Origin: Polymyxa betae A26-41
Taxonomy: Eukaryota > Protista > Endomyxa: Phytomyxea
Length of the DNA: 64,000 nucleotides
Direction: 5' to 3'
NCBI GenBank assembly: GCA_003693705.1
Contig: RBZT01000219.1
Coordinates: 1 to 64,000 of the forward strand
In this document: positions 12,647 through 24,032 of the stretch, one piece after another
Numbering within the stretch: the stretch's first letter is position 1
How the letters are laid out: each line of letters opens with the position of its first letter
Notes under the pieces: generated by a model
Told to the model about the DNA's origin: nothing
Seen by the model: the letters and a program-made list of their open reading frames with translations, nothing else
Database searches by the model: none
Translations under genes and position numbers: made by a program

Positions 12647-13234
12647 TCAACAGAGCACTTTTTCTTTTGGCGAAGTTTCAAAGACAAGAACGATTTGGAT
12701 GCCGACTGTTCCGCTGGCCTCAACTTGATTTTTAGAGTTCCAGAAATCAGATTCAGCGATCGCCGCTAAACATGAATCAACAACTGAAGCGGAACTCGTA
12801 TAACTGAAACCCACGTTAAAATGATGCAATGAGGCAATCCACCATTCAGGCTTGTTTGTAGGAAAATGATCAATAGTCCTGAACATTAATACCAAATCTT
12901 TATACTGTTCACAAGGTTTATCAAGTAATCTTGAGCGATGACTGAAACCTACCAGATTATTAAATCCATTTTCAAGATCTGTCAGCGTGGGTTTGGGCGC
13001 CCTGTTGACAATGGGCAGAGATGCTTCCTTTATAAAACGTTCAAATAAATCCAGCGACTTAACGATATTCTGAATCTCATCAGCAGCATTCAAGTATAAT
13101 GGAATAAAACCCACTTGGAATGCTTGAATGGCACCGCCAGATACGTTGACGTCGACCGAAAAATCCCCGGCGTTTGGCTCTGGCCGGACGACATAACTTA
13201 GAAGGACGAATATAGCAAGAATTAGAGATGTCAT
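12647..13234 (-). CDS. Intronless putative secreted protein, unknown function
   Basis: Hydrophobic leader MTSLILAIFVLLSYVV; about 195 aa open frame, with alternative upstream ATGs to 13315; no recognisable domain. Confidence 0.55.
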   Translation of the reverse strand: MTSLILAIFVLLSYVVRPEPNAGDFSVDVNVSGGAIQAFQVGFIPLYLNAADEIQNIVKSLDLFERFIKEASLPIVNRAPKPTLTDLENGFNNLVGFSHRSRLLDKPCEQYKDLVLMFRTIDHFPTNKPEWWIASLHHFNVGFSYTSSASVVDSCLAAIAESDFWNSKNQVEASGTVGIQIVLVFETSPKEKVLC

Positions 13235-13557
13235 CAGATTTGAATATAAAAAAGAAAGCGGATCCATTAAAGCAATGAAGGGAACCACAGAGACACGACC
13301 CATCAAAGCCATCATCTGTGATTCCGACCATGCATGGAGGGAGCGACCTCCAGAGAGTCATGCCTCTCTCCTTCACTCTATTCGATGTACTGTATGACCA
13401 TATAGAAACAGCCAAACAGGTGCCAGATGGGGCTTAGGTTACATCAACATCGGGGTCATGGGGTGACCATGTATAGGTTTAGTAATCCAGATCTAATTCG
13501 GAATAAATAGAATTGGAAAAGTTGGCCATTGCCAGTTGTATTCATGTTTATGCCATT

Positions 13558-14457
13558 CTAGATGATATCGTGGAAGGGGATTCCTTTATTGGGCCACGAG
13601 AGAAGATCTAAGGCAGTGGCTAATAACAGCAAGTGTAGCATTTCAACGTTGTCATCGCCAGAAAAAACATCTTCAGGAAAGGTTATATGAGGATATAACT
13701 TCCTCAACCTCCATCTATGAAATCGATATTCGCGTTTCAGATATCGTTCAAAAAATCCCAACGTCATTGAACGAACAGCGTCCGAATACTCGGATTCCTT
13801 TTCTTCCGTGTTCAATTCCTCGGCGAGGATTTGACCGCCAGCCATAATCTTGGCTTGATGTTGGGGGTGCCTGCCTGCAATCGCTTGGCTCACATGCTGA
13901 ATCATTGATTGCATTCTAGGTGTATATTGATGGAAGAGAGACATTCGGGCCTGATATTCAGCTTCGTACTCTTTCCTCGTCATTTCTCTTAGCAGATTAA
14001 ATATTTGAAGTATCTCAGACGTGTCGTGATCTATGGTCGTCATTTCTTCTGGCAGATCAAACATTTGAATCAACTCAGAAATGGCAACAACAACCCCGAT
14101 CTGGGCTAATTCTTTCGCCATAGCATCTTCTGGCTCTAGGCTTGAGGTACAGTCTTTCTCGATAGTTACAGCATCATCTGGTTGAAGTGCTTCTTCTGGG
14201 TCGTTATCCTGCGATTCCGAGCAGAAAGTCATGATGGAATCGCCTGGTTTAATCCGGATGCGTTGTGGCTTAAGCATAGTCTTTTGCTGAATACAACTAG
14301 CCCCCTGAGGTCGATCAAATAACATATCAGGCTGATTAGGGGCAGAAAACCATCTGGCATTGAGAAGTGTAGGAAATGTGACAGTATTACTGATAACAGC
14401 TGCAGATGCATTTAATAGTAGATAGAGACTAACATAGCTGAACGTCAACGTAAACAT
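13558..14457 (-). CDS. Secreted family paralogue A (signal peptide + transit-peptide-like segment + conserved helical core)
   Basis: 299-aa intronless ORF with signal peptide MFTLTFSYVSLYLLLNASAA; the core aligns by eye with 16426-17229 and 17898-18692. Confidence 0.8.
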   Translation of the reverse strand: MFTLTFSYVSLYLLLNASAAVISNTVTFPTLLNARWFSAPNQPDMLFDRPQGASCIQQKTMLKPQRIRIKPGDSIMTFCSESQDNDPEEALQPDDAVTIEKDCTSSLEPEDAMAKELAQIGVVVAISELIQMFDLPEEMTTIDHDTSEILQIFNLLREMTRKEYEAEYQARMSLFHQYTPRMQSMIQHVSQAIAGRHPQHQAKIMAGGQILAEELNTEEKESEYSDAVRSMTLGFFERYLKREYRFHRWRLRKLYPHITFPEDVFSGDDNVEMLHLLLLATALDLLSWPNKGIPFHDII

Positions 14458-14747
14458 TTGATACGATAACCTGTAGCTGGAATGTCGATGTGACAGTCTT
14501 ATGCCTCAGTGCGTCTATCGGGCACGGCCAACTCGTTACCTCAACATATCTTATGTATAGAGGTACGTTCTGGGCTGCCGTCATGCTGGCACCCTTAAAC
14601 ATCTTTGACATTGGATGAAACCTGAGAGGTAAATGCGGGATAGGTTTATTGCAGGAGGTGGAGATGGAATCCTGTGAGATACTCTGATAGACAAAGGTTA
14701 TCGAGATGAGTGCATTTGAAGTTGGTATTGTTACCATGCATTTGAAG

Positions 14748-15464
14748 TCATTTAGCATTCAGCCAAAGACAGGGCTTCAGTACAAGAGTTATCAACGACA
14801 AATAGAGCAGACGGATCAGATTCTGATATGGATTACTGTCATAAACAATGATCTTTTCAGGGATCTCTATATATGGATATGATATTTTTAATCTGCTGCG
14901 ATAATTACGGTAATATGAACGAAGACATCGCCTATAGAAAGCCACTGACATGGTTGCATGTCCAACATCATAACATAGATAGGGGTCTGACCAATAAATT
15001 CAGCAAATACTCTGCCACCATCAATATTCTTGATCAGGACGAATCTCAGCAAATACAATACTCATTTCTACAATGGTAGATTGCATTTCTGGTGTAGCTG
15101 ATCAAGCATAGTGATTCGTGCATGAATAAATTCGGGATTATATTGCAGAATCTCGTATCTGGACATGTTAAAATCTGAATAACATCAGACAGAATGAGAC
15201 TCAGCCAATTGTTTGCTGAGGGCATGAAATAAATCTTTTTCTTTAATCCTGTGATTGTGAAGCAGATACCAAAACAGGATATCGCTGTTTCCCGGCCAAT
15301 AATGATTAGTTCAAGCTTGCTTTTGAACAGTAATCGTGCCGCTCTGAGGCGACGCTGAAGAGAAAGCATCCGCCCCTAGGCCATGACGAAAATGAGCAGA
15401 CAGTATTGGGCGAACAAGTTGGCACAAAATATAGAATAACTAAACTCAATACAAGGTTGAGCAT
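14748..15464 (-). pseudogene. Frameshifted paralogue B of the secreted family
   Basis: Family motifs are spread over several frames: MLNLVLSLVILYF (signal), LSKQLAE, LSDVIQI, FNMSRYE..ARITMLDQ, TPEMQSTI, IDGGRVFAE, MSVAFYRR..SYPYIEIPE..LLYLSLITLVLKPC. At least four frameshifts. Confidence 0.75.
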
Positions 15465-16425
15465 TTGCTCTCACGAGCATGATGCTCGAAAGAACTCCCT
15501 AATTGAAGCAGAAACCCTTGACAGTGACAGGGCCACATTTTGATAAGCGCAAAATGTTTCAACAGTTTTTCATTCACTGTGTTTCATGAATCATGACGAA
15601 AATACCGCGTTTTTTCTGGTCTCGTGGCTTTCGTCAACTATTTCGTAAAGCGGCATTTGATATGTTCAACTTGTTGCTGATACAGTGATGCATCCCTGAG
15701 GTGTAAAGCGCACGTCGTTGACCCCTGATATGATGACGTCGATTGCTGGACTTGTTATAAGGACCTCTTTTATATATAGCATACTCGAGGACGTGCTAAG
15801 TCCCAACTTATCCATCATTCAACCCATATCATTCCTAAAGAATCAGTTAACAGAATCTCTAATCTAGGCTGACAATGTCCTGGGCCGGTATGTCTGACCT
15901 TTCGACCATGCTCTCGAATCGAGTCCCGGTTCAGATGGGATCCTCTATTGTCATCTCAAAAGCGAATACGTCCGTCTAGAAGATAGATGCATATATTCTC
16001 CTATGATGGAAATGACGTACAAGATGAACCAGTAATATGAACCTGTGATTCCAAATGTGGACGGATATCACAGTAGTTAGTTGATCAAGATGATACTGCA
16101 ATATGTCTTATGATGTAAAGACAATATGGTCCAAGATTACACATTATAATTGTATACATGCTGCTGGATTTATAGCTAAGTTACATCCTGAATACCAATA
16201 AGATTACTGATAATGGAGAACGTACCGCTGATAATTCACTTGAAGAGGTTATGCTGATGAGTATAAAGCCCCGGATCTCATCTATTGCCAGGAAACCCTT
16301 TTATCTTTCACGGTATTCCATTGACAGGAAAGAATTTTGCGAATTGGCGCGGATCAATCACTCACTCTTGAGTGTTGTTGTCTTTCACAATCTGAGCTTC
16401 TCTCCTTTAGATTGCAGCAGTATTA

Positions 16426-17229
16426 ATGATGACTCCTGTATTAATATTCGTAATGATGATACATATGATATGTATTACATCATCAACTACTATTACCAAT
16501 ATCAATCATGTTGTATATACGGGCTCTAAACCTCTCTCTGCCCTCGGCTTCACTTCTGCTGCATTCCTCAAGAATCGCCCTTTGCCAACTTATTTTCAAT
16601 ATCAGCCAGGACTTCATTTCCAACCACTCTCTACAACTTCCCGCAAACGATTCGATGTGGTGAAGTGCTCGTCTCGGTCACCCGACGAAGTCCAACCAGA
16701 TGGTGATCCAATCATGTCACGATTCGACGAGTTCAGTTCTATCATTGTTCTCTCCGATATGATGAACATGTTCAACATGGAACGCGGCTGCTGGCTTTGG
16801 TTCAGCGAAGATGAATGCTCCAGGAGACTCTCAATGCTGGACCAGTATGTCCCACGTATGCAGTTCATGATTAAGCTGGTCTCTAAGGCAATTGCATTCA
16901 AGAATTCAGAACATACAGAGCGGATTCTGGAGTGTGGTGAAGTGATTGCTACAGCCCTGGCTGATATTTCATCTACAAGATTCCCTAGATGGTATACAAG
17001 TGGATCTCAAAACCTCGAAATTGATCCATTGGCGATGCAATTCTTTGAGCGATTTCTGATGAAAGAATATCAATCGTTGAAATCACAGGTGCACAAGTTG
17101 TATCCTCAACTGACTATCTTGGATCATGTCAAGATGGTTACGAAAGCATACGAAATCCAGACCCAGCTACTTCATCTCTGTATTCTCACAATCGCCTTGA
17201 AATCCTGCATTTTTACCAAACATCAATAA
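16426..17229 (+). CDS. Secreted family paralogue C (inverted orientation)
   Basis: 267-aa intronless ORF with a signal peptide and shared blocks LSDMMNMFNM, RLSMLDQYVPRMQ, FFERFLMKEY..LYPQLTI and LLHLCILTIALK. Confidence 0.8.
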   Translation: MMTPVLIFVMMIHMICITSSTTITNINHVVYTGSKPLSALGFTSAAFLKNRPLPTYFQYQPGLHFQPLSTTSRKRFDVVKCSSRSPDEVQPDGDPIMSRFDEFSSIIVLSDMMNMFNMERGCWLWFSEDECSRRLSMLDQYVPRMQFMIKLVSKAIAFKNSEHTERILECGEVIATALADISSTRFPRWYTSGSQNLEIDPLAMQFFERFLMKEYQSLKSQVHKLYPQLTILDHVKMVTKAYEIQTQLLHLCILTIALKSCIFTKHQ

Positions 17230-17897
17230 ACATCTTTTTCGTGGTTTCCATCAACCAAGAGAGAGCCTTTACTGCGGTTTACCAATGGGGTTCTGTCTGC
17301 AATGATTGTAGTATTGCAGTAAGATGTGACCGATTAGCGCCAACCAGTATAATGCCAACGAAACCAGGCCCTCGCACACAGTCGATGACAATGTTGGTAC
17401 CGCCTTGGATGATCCGTTGTCGGTGTTTGGTCGACTGGCATTCATCTGGCTCAGGTTTTAATCACGAGTTGTATCTGGCACATGTGCTGCCCCATTTCAG
17501 GCGATTATGGACTCTAAAACGCTGATTTTGAACATTAGGCAACAATCAAGTTAATGACGCGTTTTTTAAAATGGTCAAAAAATGAGCAACCAGTTATGCT
17601 TTGCTGGTGGTTTTTTGGTTGACAGAATATTCTGGGAATTTTACGTGATTAAGGCCAACAATGACAAGTGCCAACAAATGTATAGTATCGGGCTGGTCAT
17701 GCTGCTAAACATGTCTCTCAAGACGCTGAAAATGTCGCTTGATGTGATAACAATATAGGCTTGATTGCTGACACGTTATAAACTACAAACAAGCATACGA
17801 GAGTATATAGACAACTGCAGTTTACGCTGCTTTATTCTGAATAAACAAAGTATAATTAAATCAGATGAAACAAAATCAAAGTAGTAGACTTGATTAA

Positions 17898-18692
17898 TTA
17901 ATTCATTTCTATCAGAGCACAAGGCTTTAATGCAAGTGTTAATAAAGCCAAGTGTAGAAAATAAACTTCAACGTGATATGGATTATCTTGGTCGATGTCC
18001 AGATCTTCGGAAATCGTCAGATGTCGGTACCTTTTCCTTAAAACCGATCGGCAAGCACGGATTTCTTGCTTCAGGTAATGATGGTAAACCGAAACTGCCA
18101 TAAGACGCATGGCATTCAGCTTTATGGGCGTCTGATTATGACTGGTCCCATCGCTTGCATTGCGTCGGTAGATTGCCATTAGGACCTTATTCAGAGAGTT
18201 AGCTAAAACAGACCCGCCGTCGATAATTTTAGAGCAATGCTCTGGATGCCTTGAAGCCATAGCTTGGCTTCCAGTCAATATTGCATATTGGATCTTGGAT
18301 AGATGCCGGTAGAATACAGAAAGACGAACGACAACTTCGTCGTTATCGATATCCGACCAGTCCTTTTCAGACATATTGAAGATCTGGATGATATCGGAGA
18401 GAACTGGGATTACACCAATCTCAGCTAATTCCTTCACCTCCGTATTGTTAGGATCTGACGATTCGCCCGAAAATCTTGCAGCCTGAATAGGCTTGAGTCG
18501 ATTGCTGCGTAGCGCTTGAAACGAATTTGGTACGAGTCTCTTGATAGCGAATGGACATCTTCCAACTTGGAACGGAGCCAGCTTGTGTTCAAACAAAGAC
18601 ACCATATTGAAAGCTGTAGGTGCGACCACCGAAGTGGCCGTCGATGACGCTTGTTGCGAGAGAACGAAGACTATCACCAGGAGCGCATACAT
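17898..18692 (-). CDS. Secreted family paralogue D
   Basis: Probable start MYALLVIVFVLSQQASS at 18692; shared blocks KELAEIGV..LSDIIQIFNM, SQAMASRHPEH..KIIDGG and FLHLALLTLALKP. Confidence 0.8.
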   Translation of the reverse strand: MYALLVIVFVLSQQASSTATSVVAPTAFNMVSLFEHKLAPFQVGRCPFAIKRLVPNSFQALRSNRLKPIQAARFSGESSDPNNTEVKELAEIGVIPVLSDIIQIFNMSEKDWSDIDNDEVVVRLSVFYRHLSKIQYAILTGSQAMASRHPEHCSKIIDGGSVLANSLNKVLMAIYRRNASDGTSHNQTPIKLNAMRLMAVSVYHHYLKQEIRACRSVLRKRYRHLTISEDLDIDQDNPYHVEVYFLHLALLTLALKPCALIEMN

Positions 18693-19137
18693 TATAAATG
18701 AATGATAGGAAGAGTGATAAGCAGAGAGACGAGGTGTTTCCACTGACAGAGAAAGGAAGGTCGACCAGCGTGCCTTTTGCTCACATTGGATTGACAACGA
18801 GACAATGACACGTCGACCGCGTCCAGAGCACGTCCACAGGTCACCATGTGGTCGCACCTGTCCACTGTCCGTCAGTCAAGAACGTGACTGTCCATCCAGC
18901 TATTGGGCACTGGATCACAGTTGCGCCACAAAACCAAATAGACAATCAGTTCTCCCAATACGGCGGCAACCTACATTCGGTCGTTTGGAAGCGACAACGG
19001 ATTCGAACATGAACTGCTTTTTGTCACGGCGCGGTGTCAAACCATCACAACATCAAATGGGTTTTAAAAACAGCGATATTTCACTCAGCAGCAAACTGCA
19101 TTATTATTCAGGCCAGTAAGAGTCGCTGATAGAGATA

Positions 19138-21714
19138 CTATATGTATGTTGACAATAAGCTGGAAACGAGACTTCGAATAGATGTAGCTAAATGATCATC
19201 TGGTAGCAGCCATGACATCGTTAACAGCTCTGGTTCGTTGCCTGTGTGAATAGAGATGGATTTTGCTCTTAATTCAATCGATGATCCGCACTTGATAGTC
19301 TTCATTTCTAATCCGCAATTGGGCAAGTGCCTAACAATGATAAAAATCGAGGTTGATAGCAATATTCAAAAACGTTTGGACCTCTCGACAGCAGCTGCTA
19401 TATCTGTAAGGAACACAACTGGAGATAATTGACTTATAGGGATGTCTATGCTGAATTCGAGGACATGCTCAGGTAATCCCATACCATGAATAGTTTCTGC
19501 TGGTGACATTATTTGCAACTTGGAATCCGCTCCAAAGCTGACATATCCATCAACGGCGCCATCGTTCTACAAAAACGGTCAAACTCCAATCATGGCTTTG
19601 ACTGTCGGTTACGTTTAGCGCATTATATAGGATAGATTCTGAGACAAGCGCAGGAATGTCGCCGCCTGGCTCGATTGGAACAGCAGTACCGATTGCTGGA
19701 AAATGACAAGGAATTCCAAGGTCTGATTCAATCTTTTGCGCTAAAATGCTCCTAAATTAAGTCTTAATAAAACCTACGTATGAAAAAGAAAGCGCCAGCA
19801 GTACAGCCGCATAGAAGCCATCATTGCTTACATTTTGCTGCGCTCGCCATGAACCAAAACGACATGGCGCGGTCTGACTTGTCGAACAAGCTGAATGATT
19901 CCTAAAAAAAGAATAATCACATAGAAATTCCTGATTAACGGGAAATCCCATCCACCTTTGGCATCTGCATGAGCGGAAAAAGACACTTTTGATACACCGC
20001 AGTTAACGTCGACGGTTGTGTCAGGATCGATTTGGATCTGTAACAACGACGTTAGTTACGAAGCAGCAACCGTGATACTTTAAAACTATATGCTGGGGTG
20101 GAGCATAGTAAACAAGCTGTAAAGCACCTTTTTATGACCAGACAGAACTTTGTTGCCGACAGTACCGGCAACACAATAGCCTGGGAGGATTACCAGATTC
20201 TTCGCATCTGAGCACCTATCGCTTGCATGACCACACACATCTTCTCATTGAACACATTAAGATACCAATGTTTAAAGATCTCTAATGATTGACCAGAATG
20301 AAGCATTCCTGGAGTAGCAAAGACGACCATGGGGCCCGACCTGAATTCAAAACCCGTCTCAGATGAAGCCTATACCAAGCCTTACAGCAAACATTACTCA
20401 TGAACAGTTGATCTTTGCATAGGCTAGTATAGCATTTATGAGAAACTACTTTACCATCAGATGTTAAAAATTACCTTAATGTATTTAAAGTCGAAAAGAT
20501 TCTTTTCTAAGAAAGTCTTTTTTATGTTTTCGCTAGTCCAGCTGATGTAAAGCTTGTACTATATCAAATATAAGGTAAAAATGAGGTAACAGTGGGACAT
20601 GATAGAAGTCCATTACGTATTGAGTAGCTCTTGCTGATAATCCCTGACTAATGTATACCGGAACATCAAGCTGCATTCTTTCCCAGTACATTTCGATAAG
20701 CAACATTAATTCCTGAGCGCGCCCTGAGACAGATCATCAAGATCAAATGATCCAGGCAGCAACAAACACACCTAGCGCGAATACAGGAATCAGAACTTTG
20801 CCTCCCTGGGAAACACAGTCGTGAATCTGCTGTAAAATTTGGCGTTCACGAAGCCTCTTAGAATCGCGGATCGTGTTGGCATATGTAGACTCAGTGATTA
20901 ACACATCTGGCCTCAGAGATGGAGCGCTTGCAGCGCCTGACAGCAACAGTTCATCAAACAAAAGCGTTTCTTTCGGAACTAAAGTAATCACCAAGATGAC
21001 GGTCTGGAGTCATATTATAATCACCTAACACAAACTATCTTTCAGTTAACCCAAAACACTGCTGTCGATTACATATAACCTGTATACAGGGCAGATTGAT
21101 GCCCAACTTGTATATGAAACATGGCAGCGCCAAGAACATGGCCAGCATAGTACGGCGTCACTTGAATACCATTGACAGTTATGGTCTCACCCACTCGCAT
21201 CGGTGTCACCTTGGCCATGCAGTTTCGAATATCATCGGCAGTGAAGAACGTTCCAAGAGGGACAGCGCCGCCCAACTTTTCAACAGTGATTTTGCGGTAA
21301 TCTTCAAGCAGAATCGGACAGATGGATTTGGTCGGGTACGTCATCAGAACCGGGCCAGAATAACCTCTAACTTCGGTGAAGAAGGGCAGAGCTCCACAAT
21401 GGTCTAAATGGCTGAGTAAATCAGTGGAGTTCAAGCACATCGACGTCATCCTCTTACAAATGACTGATGATGGCGCAATCAATATAATCAGTTAGGTCTT
21501 GAGATCGTGAAATCAAATCAAAATCTGGAAACCTCCTATGGTCATCGTAGCCAGCGTGCATCCCTAACACAAAATAAACGCCCGAAGCAATCCGATGATT
21601 GACCACTAAACCTGCATCAAACATGATGGTTTTTCCTGCGATTTGGACCAAAATGCAACTTCGCCCGACATCTTGGCCTGCGCCAAGAGCCATGATTTTG
21701 ATATCCATGCTCAT
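19138..21714 (-). CDS. INTS11: Integrator complex subunit 11 (CPSF3-like metallo-beta-lactamase / beta-CASP nuclease)
   Basis: [73 protein letters not shown] and LVHGE. The QDVGRSC and RRFPDF forms point to INTS11 rather than CPSF73. Confidence 0.9.
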
Positions 21715-22068
21715 TACATTGGCCAAATGATGGATCCCTGAGGCCTGACTCTTACAGAGACGCAGTCGGCGCAACCTTTGATTTCGTCAGAGTGAAGCCA
21801 AAAACAAATTCAAGATGGTGTCAGCAATTTGCAGAGCATAATTCCACTCGTTTTAGGTGTGAGAACCGTCTATTTGTGATTTCGTTTGCAATTTTGAATG
21901 CTATGATCATACATGGGTTACCCAATTACAAACTTGGCTGTATCGCTGAACCCAGATCTGGTTCAATACTTGTCCGCTTTGACTTTAGAATGGAATGATT
22001 GTGTTGAGTCAGATGTTATGGCGAGAACCATGAAGATCGTAGCGATTCTATAACAGTTCGCTAATTGA

Positions 22069-24032
22069 ATGCTGCGTGCCGTCAAAAGCGTCCAGGCGGC
22101 GGTCGGCACTATCGATGTGGTCGTCATTGGATCAGGGCCGGCTGGCCAACGAGCTGCTACGTACCTAGCAGAACATAATCGACGGGTTGCCATTGTTGGC
22201 CCGCTCTTCTCAATGGGCTCCATTCAGCTTGATCTCAGTACCGGGGCTGCATTACCGTAATTGTCAGACGTTTGAACCTGATTTTCGCTTATTTTCGTGC
22301 AGATATTTCACATTTCGTGAAGCTGTTATGCATTTGTCAGGGCAACGACAAACTGCCTTTTATAAAGATAGCGATTTAGCTCGGCCGAGAATCCCGCTAT
22401 CTCGCAAGGCGGTATTACGCTTGGCTTCCAGTTGATTTCATCAATGATCGGCGAGTAGATCCAGGAACGAATCGAACGGGTTGCTGTTTGGGCCAATGAA
22501 ACAGCTGTGGCTCGTCTTCGGGCTGCTGGTGTCCAAATTGTTCATGGGAAGGCATCTTTTCTTGATAAGAACACATTGGCGGTCCTGAATCCGGAGGTGT
22601 CCAACCAGCCCATACTGTGTAAGTTCACTCAGTGCCATTCCTCTTCGACTATAATACGGGACGTTTTTATAGTGAAGGCAGAGCAGTACATTATCGCAAC
22701 CGGCTCCAGGAATATCGACGATGAGAATATACCTTATGATGGGCGACGAATTATTAACTGTGATCGGCTATTACAGACTTTAGGCTGGCAAATACCCAAG
22801 AAACCGGTTATTATTGGTGCCACTACTCAAGGAGTCGAATATGCCAGCACATTGGGTATTGTCTATAGGCTTTAAGTATGCCGTTCTTGGCTCTGATTCT
22901 CAATTGGTAGCTTCGTTAACAAACGTTCAGACGACAATCATCGATAGCAAAACCGAAATCCTACCAGCTGTAGATGACGAAATGAGAGAAATGCTAAAGC
23001 GGGAGCTGCAGAATAAAGGAACGACTTTCAGATTAGGAGATCGTGTAGCAACCGTTGCTGTGAACCAACAGGTATGTTCTGTATGGTCATCTATACTGAG
23101 TATTGCTTTCGTGTGGAGTTTTGTGATCGATGTCTGAGCAATATATTCTACAGGCTGAAACTGTTTGCGTCACTTTCAATGGCGGAGAGCAAATCTGTGG
23201 CGATTTAGTGATATTCGCTCGCAATAAGTTTGGGAATACTCAGGGCTTGAATTTAGAAGCGATTTTGGGTCCTGGTGCTCTCGACGATCGTGGATATATC
23301 ATCGTTAATGAAAACATGCAAAGTCGTCAACCACATATTTATGCTGTTGGAAACGTCATTGCACATACCGGGATCTCTTAGTAAGTATCGGACAAACCCG
23401 ACGTTGTCTTTCTGAAAGACTAACTCATTGCTCAGCTTAAGTAGCCAGCAAGGTTGTTTGTCGCATTGCCCAACGTTTGGTTCTCATAGTCTGCAGGAAT
23501 GGAAGCTGCCATGCATATAGTGGGCGAATGCGAAAAAGTTCGAGCGTTCGATACGAATCTCATCCCGCATACTTTGAATACAATCCCGTTGGTAAGCCGT
23601 GTTGGCCCGAATGAGCGGTCCCTTCGTGAATCTGGCCGGGAATTTGTTAGCGGGTATGCCGACTTCAATGAATTAGCCAAAGGACAAATGCTGCAACGGA
23701 AAGGTCAACGGGTTTATTGCGCTCGATTAGCTGAAATTGGTTCTCAATCATCTCGTAGGCGTCTTGAAGTTGAATGTTTGTCCGAGAACGAGAGAGCTGT
23801 TGGCCGTTCATGCAATCGGCACATCCGCAACAGAACTTGTCCATATCGGTACGAAATGAGGTTCTGGAGATCCGGGTTCACTTGGTTTATTTATCTGTTT
23901 GTAGGACAAGCGGTAATGTCGAATAAAGGGACAGTCAACGCTCTAATCAACTCGGTCTGGAATTATCCCAGTTTTGCGGAGGCATATAGGGTCGCTGCTT
24001 TCAGCGCTTTAGCCAAATGTTTAAAAACTTAA
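22069..24032 (+). CDS. Soluble pyridine nucleotide transhydrogenase (SthA/UdhA)-like flavoprotein, divergent, multi-exon
   Basis: DVVVIGSGPAGQRAA, TFREAVMHLSG, IIATGSR and VEYAS, plus the SthA-typical C-terminus GQAVM..GTV..LINSVWNYPSFAEAYRVAA. Confidence 0.75.

Noticed and set aside
20107-20120. Exact 14-mer agtaaacaagctgt shared by longer introns of INTS11 and GOS1 (58491-58504)
   Set aside because: Several 14-bp matches are expected by chance in 64 kb, and there is no flanking similarity.
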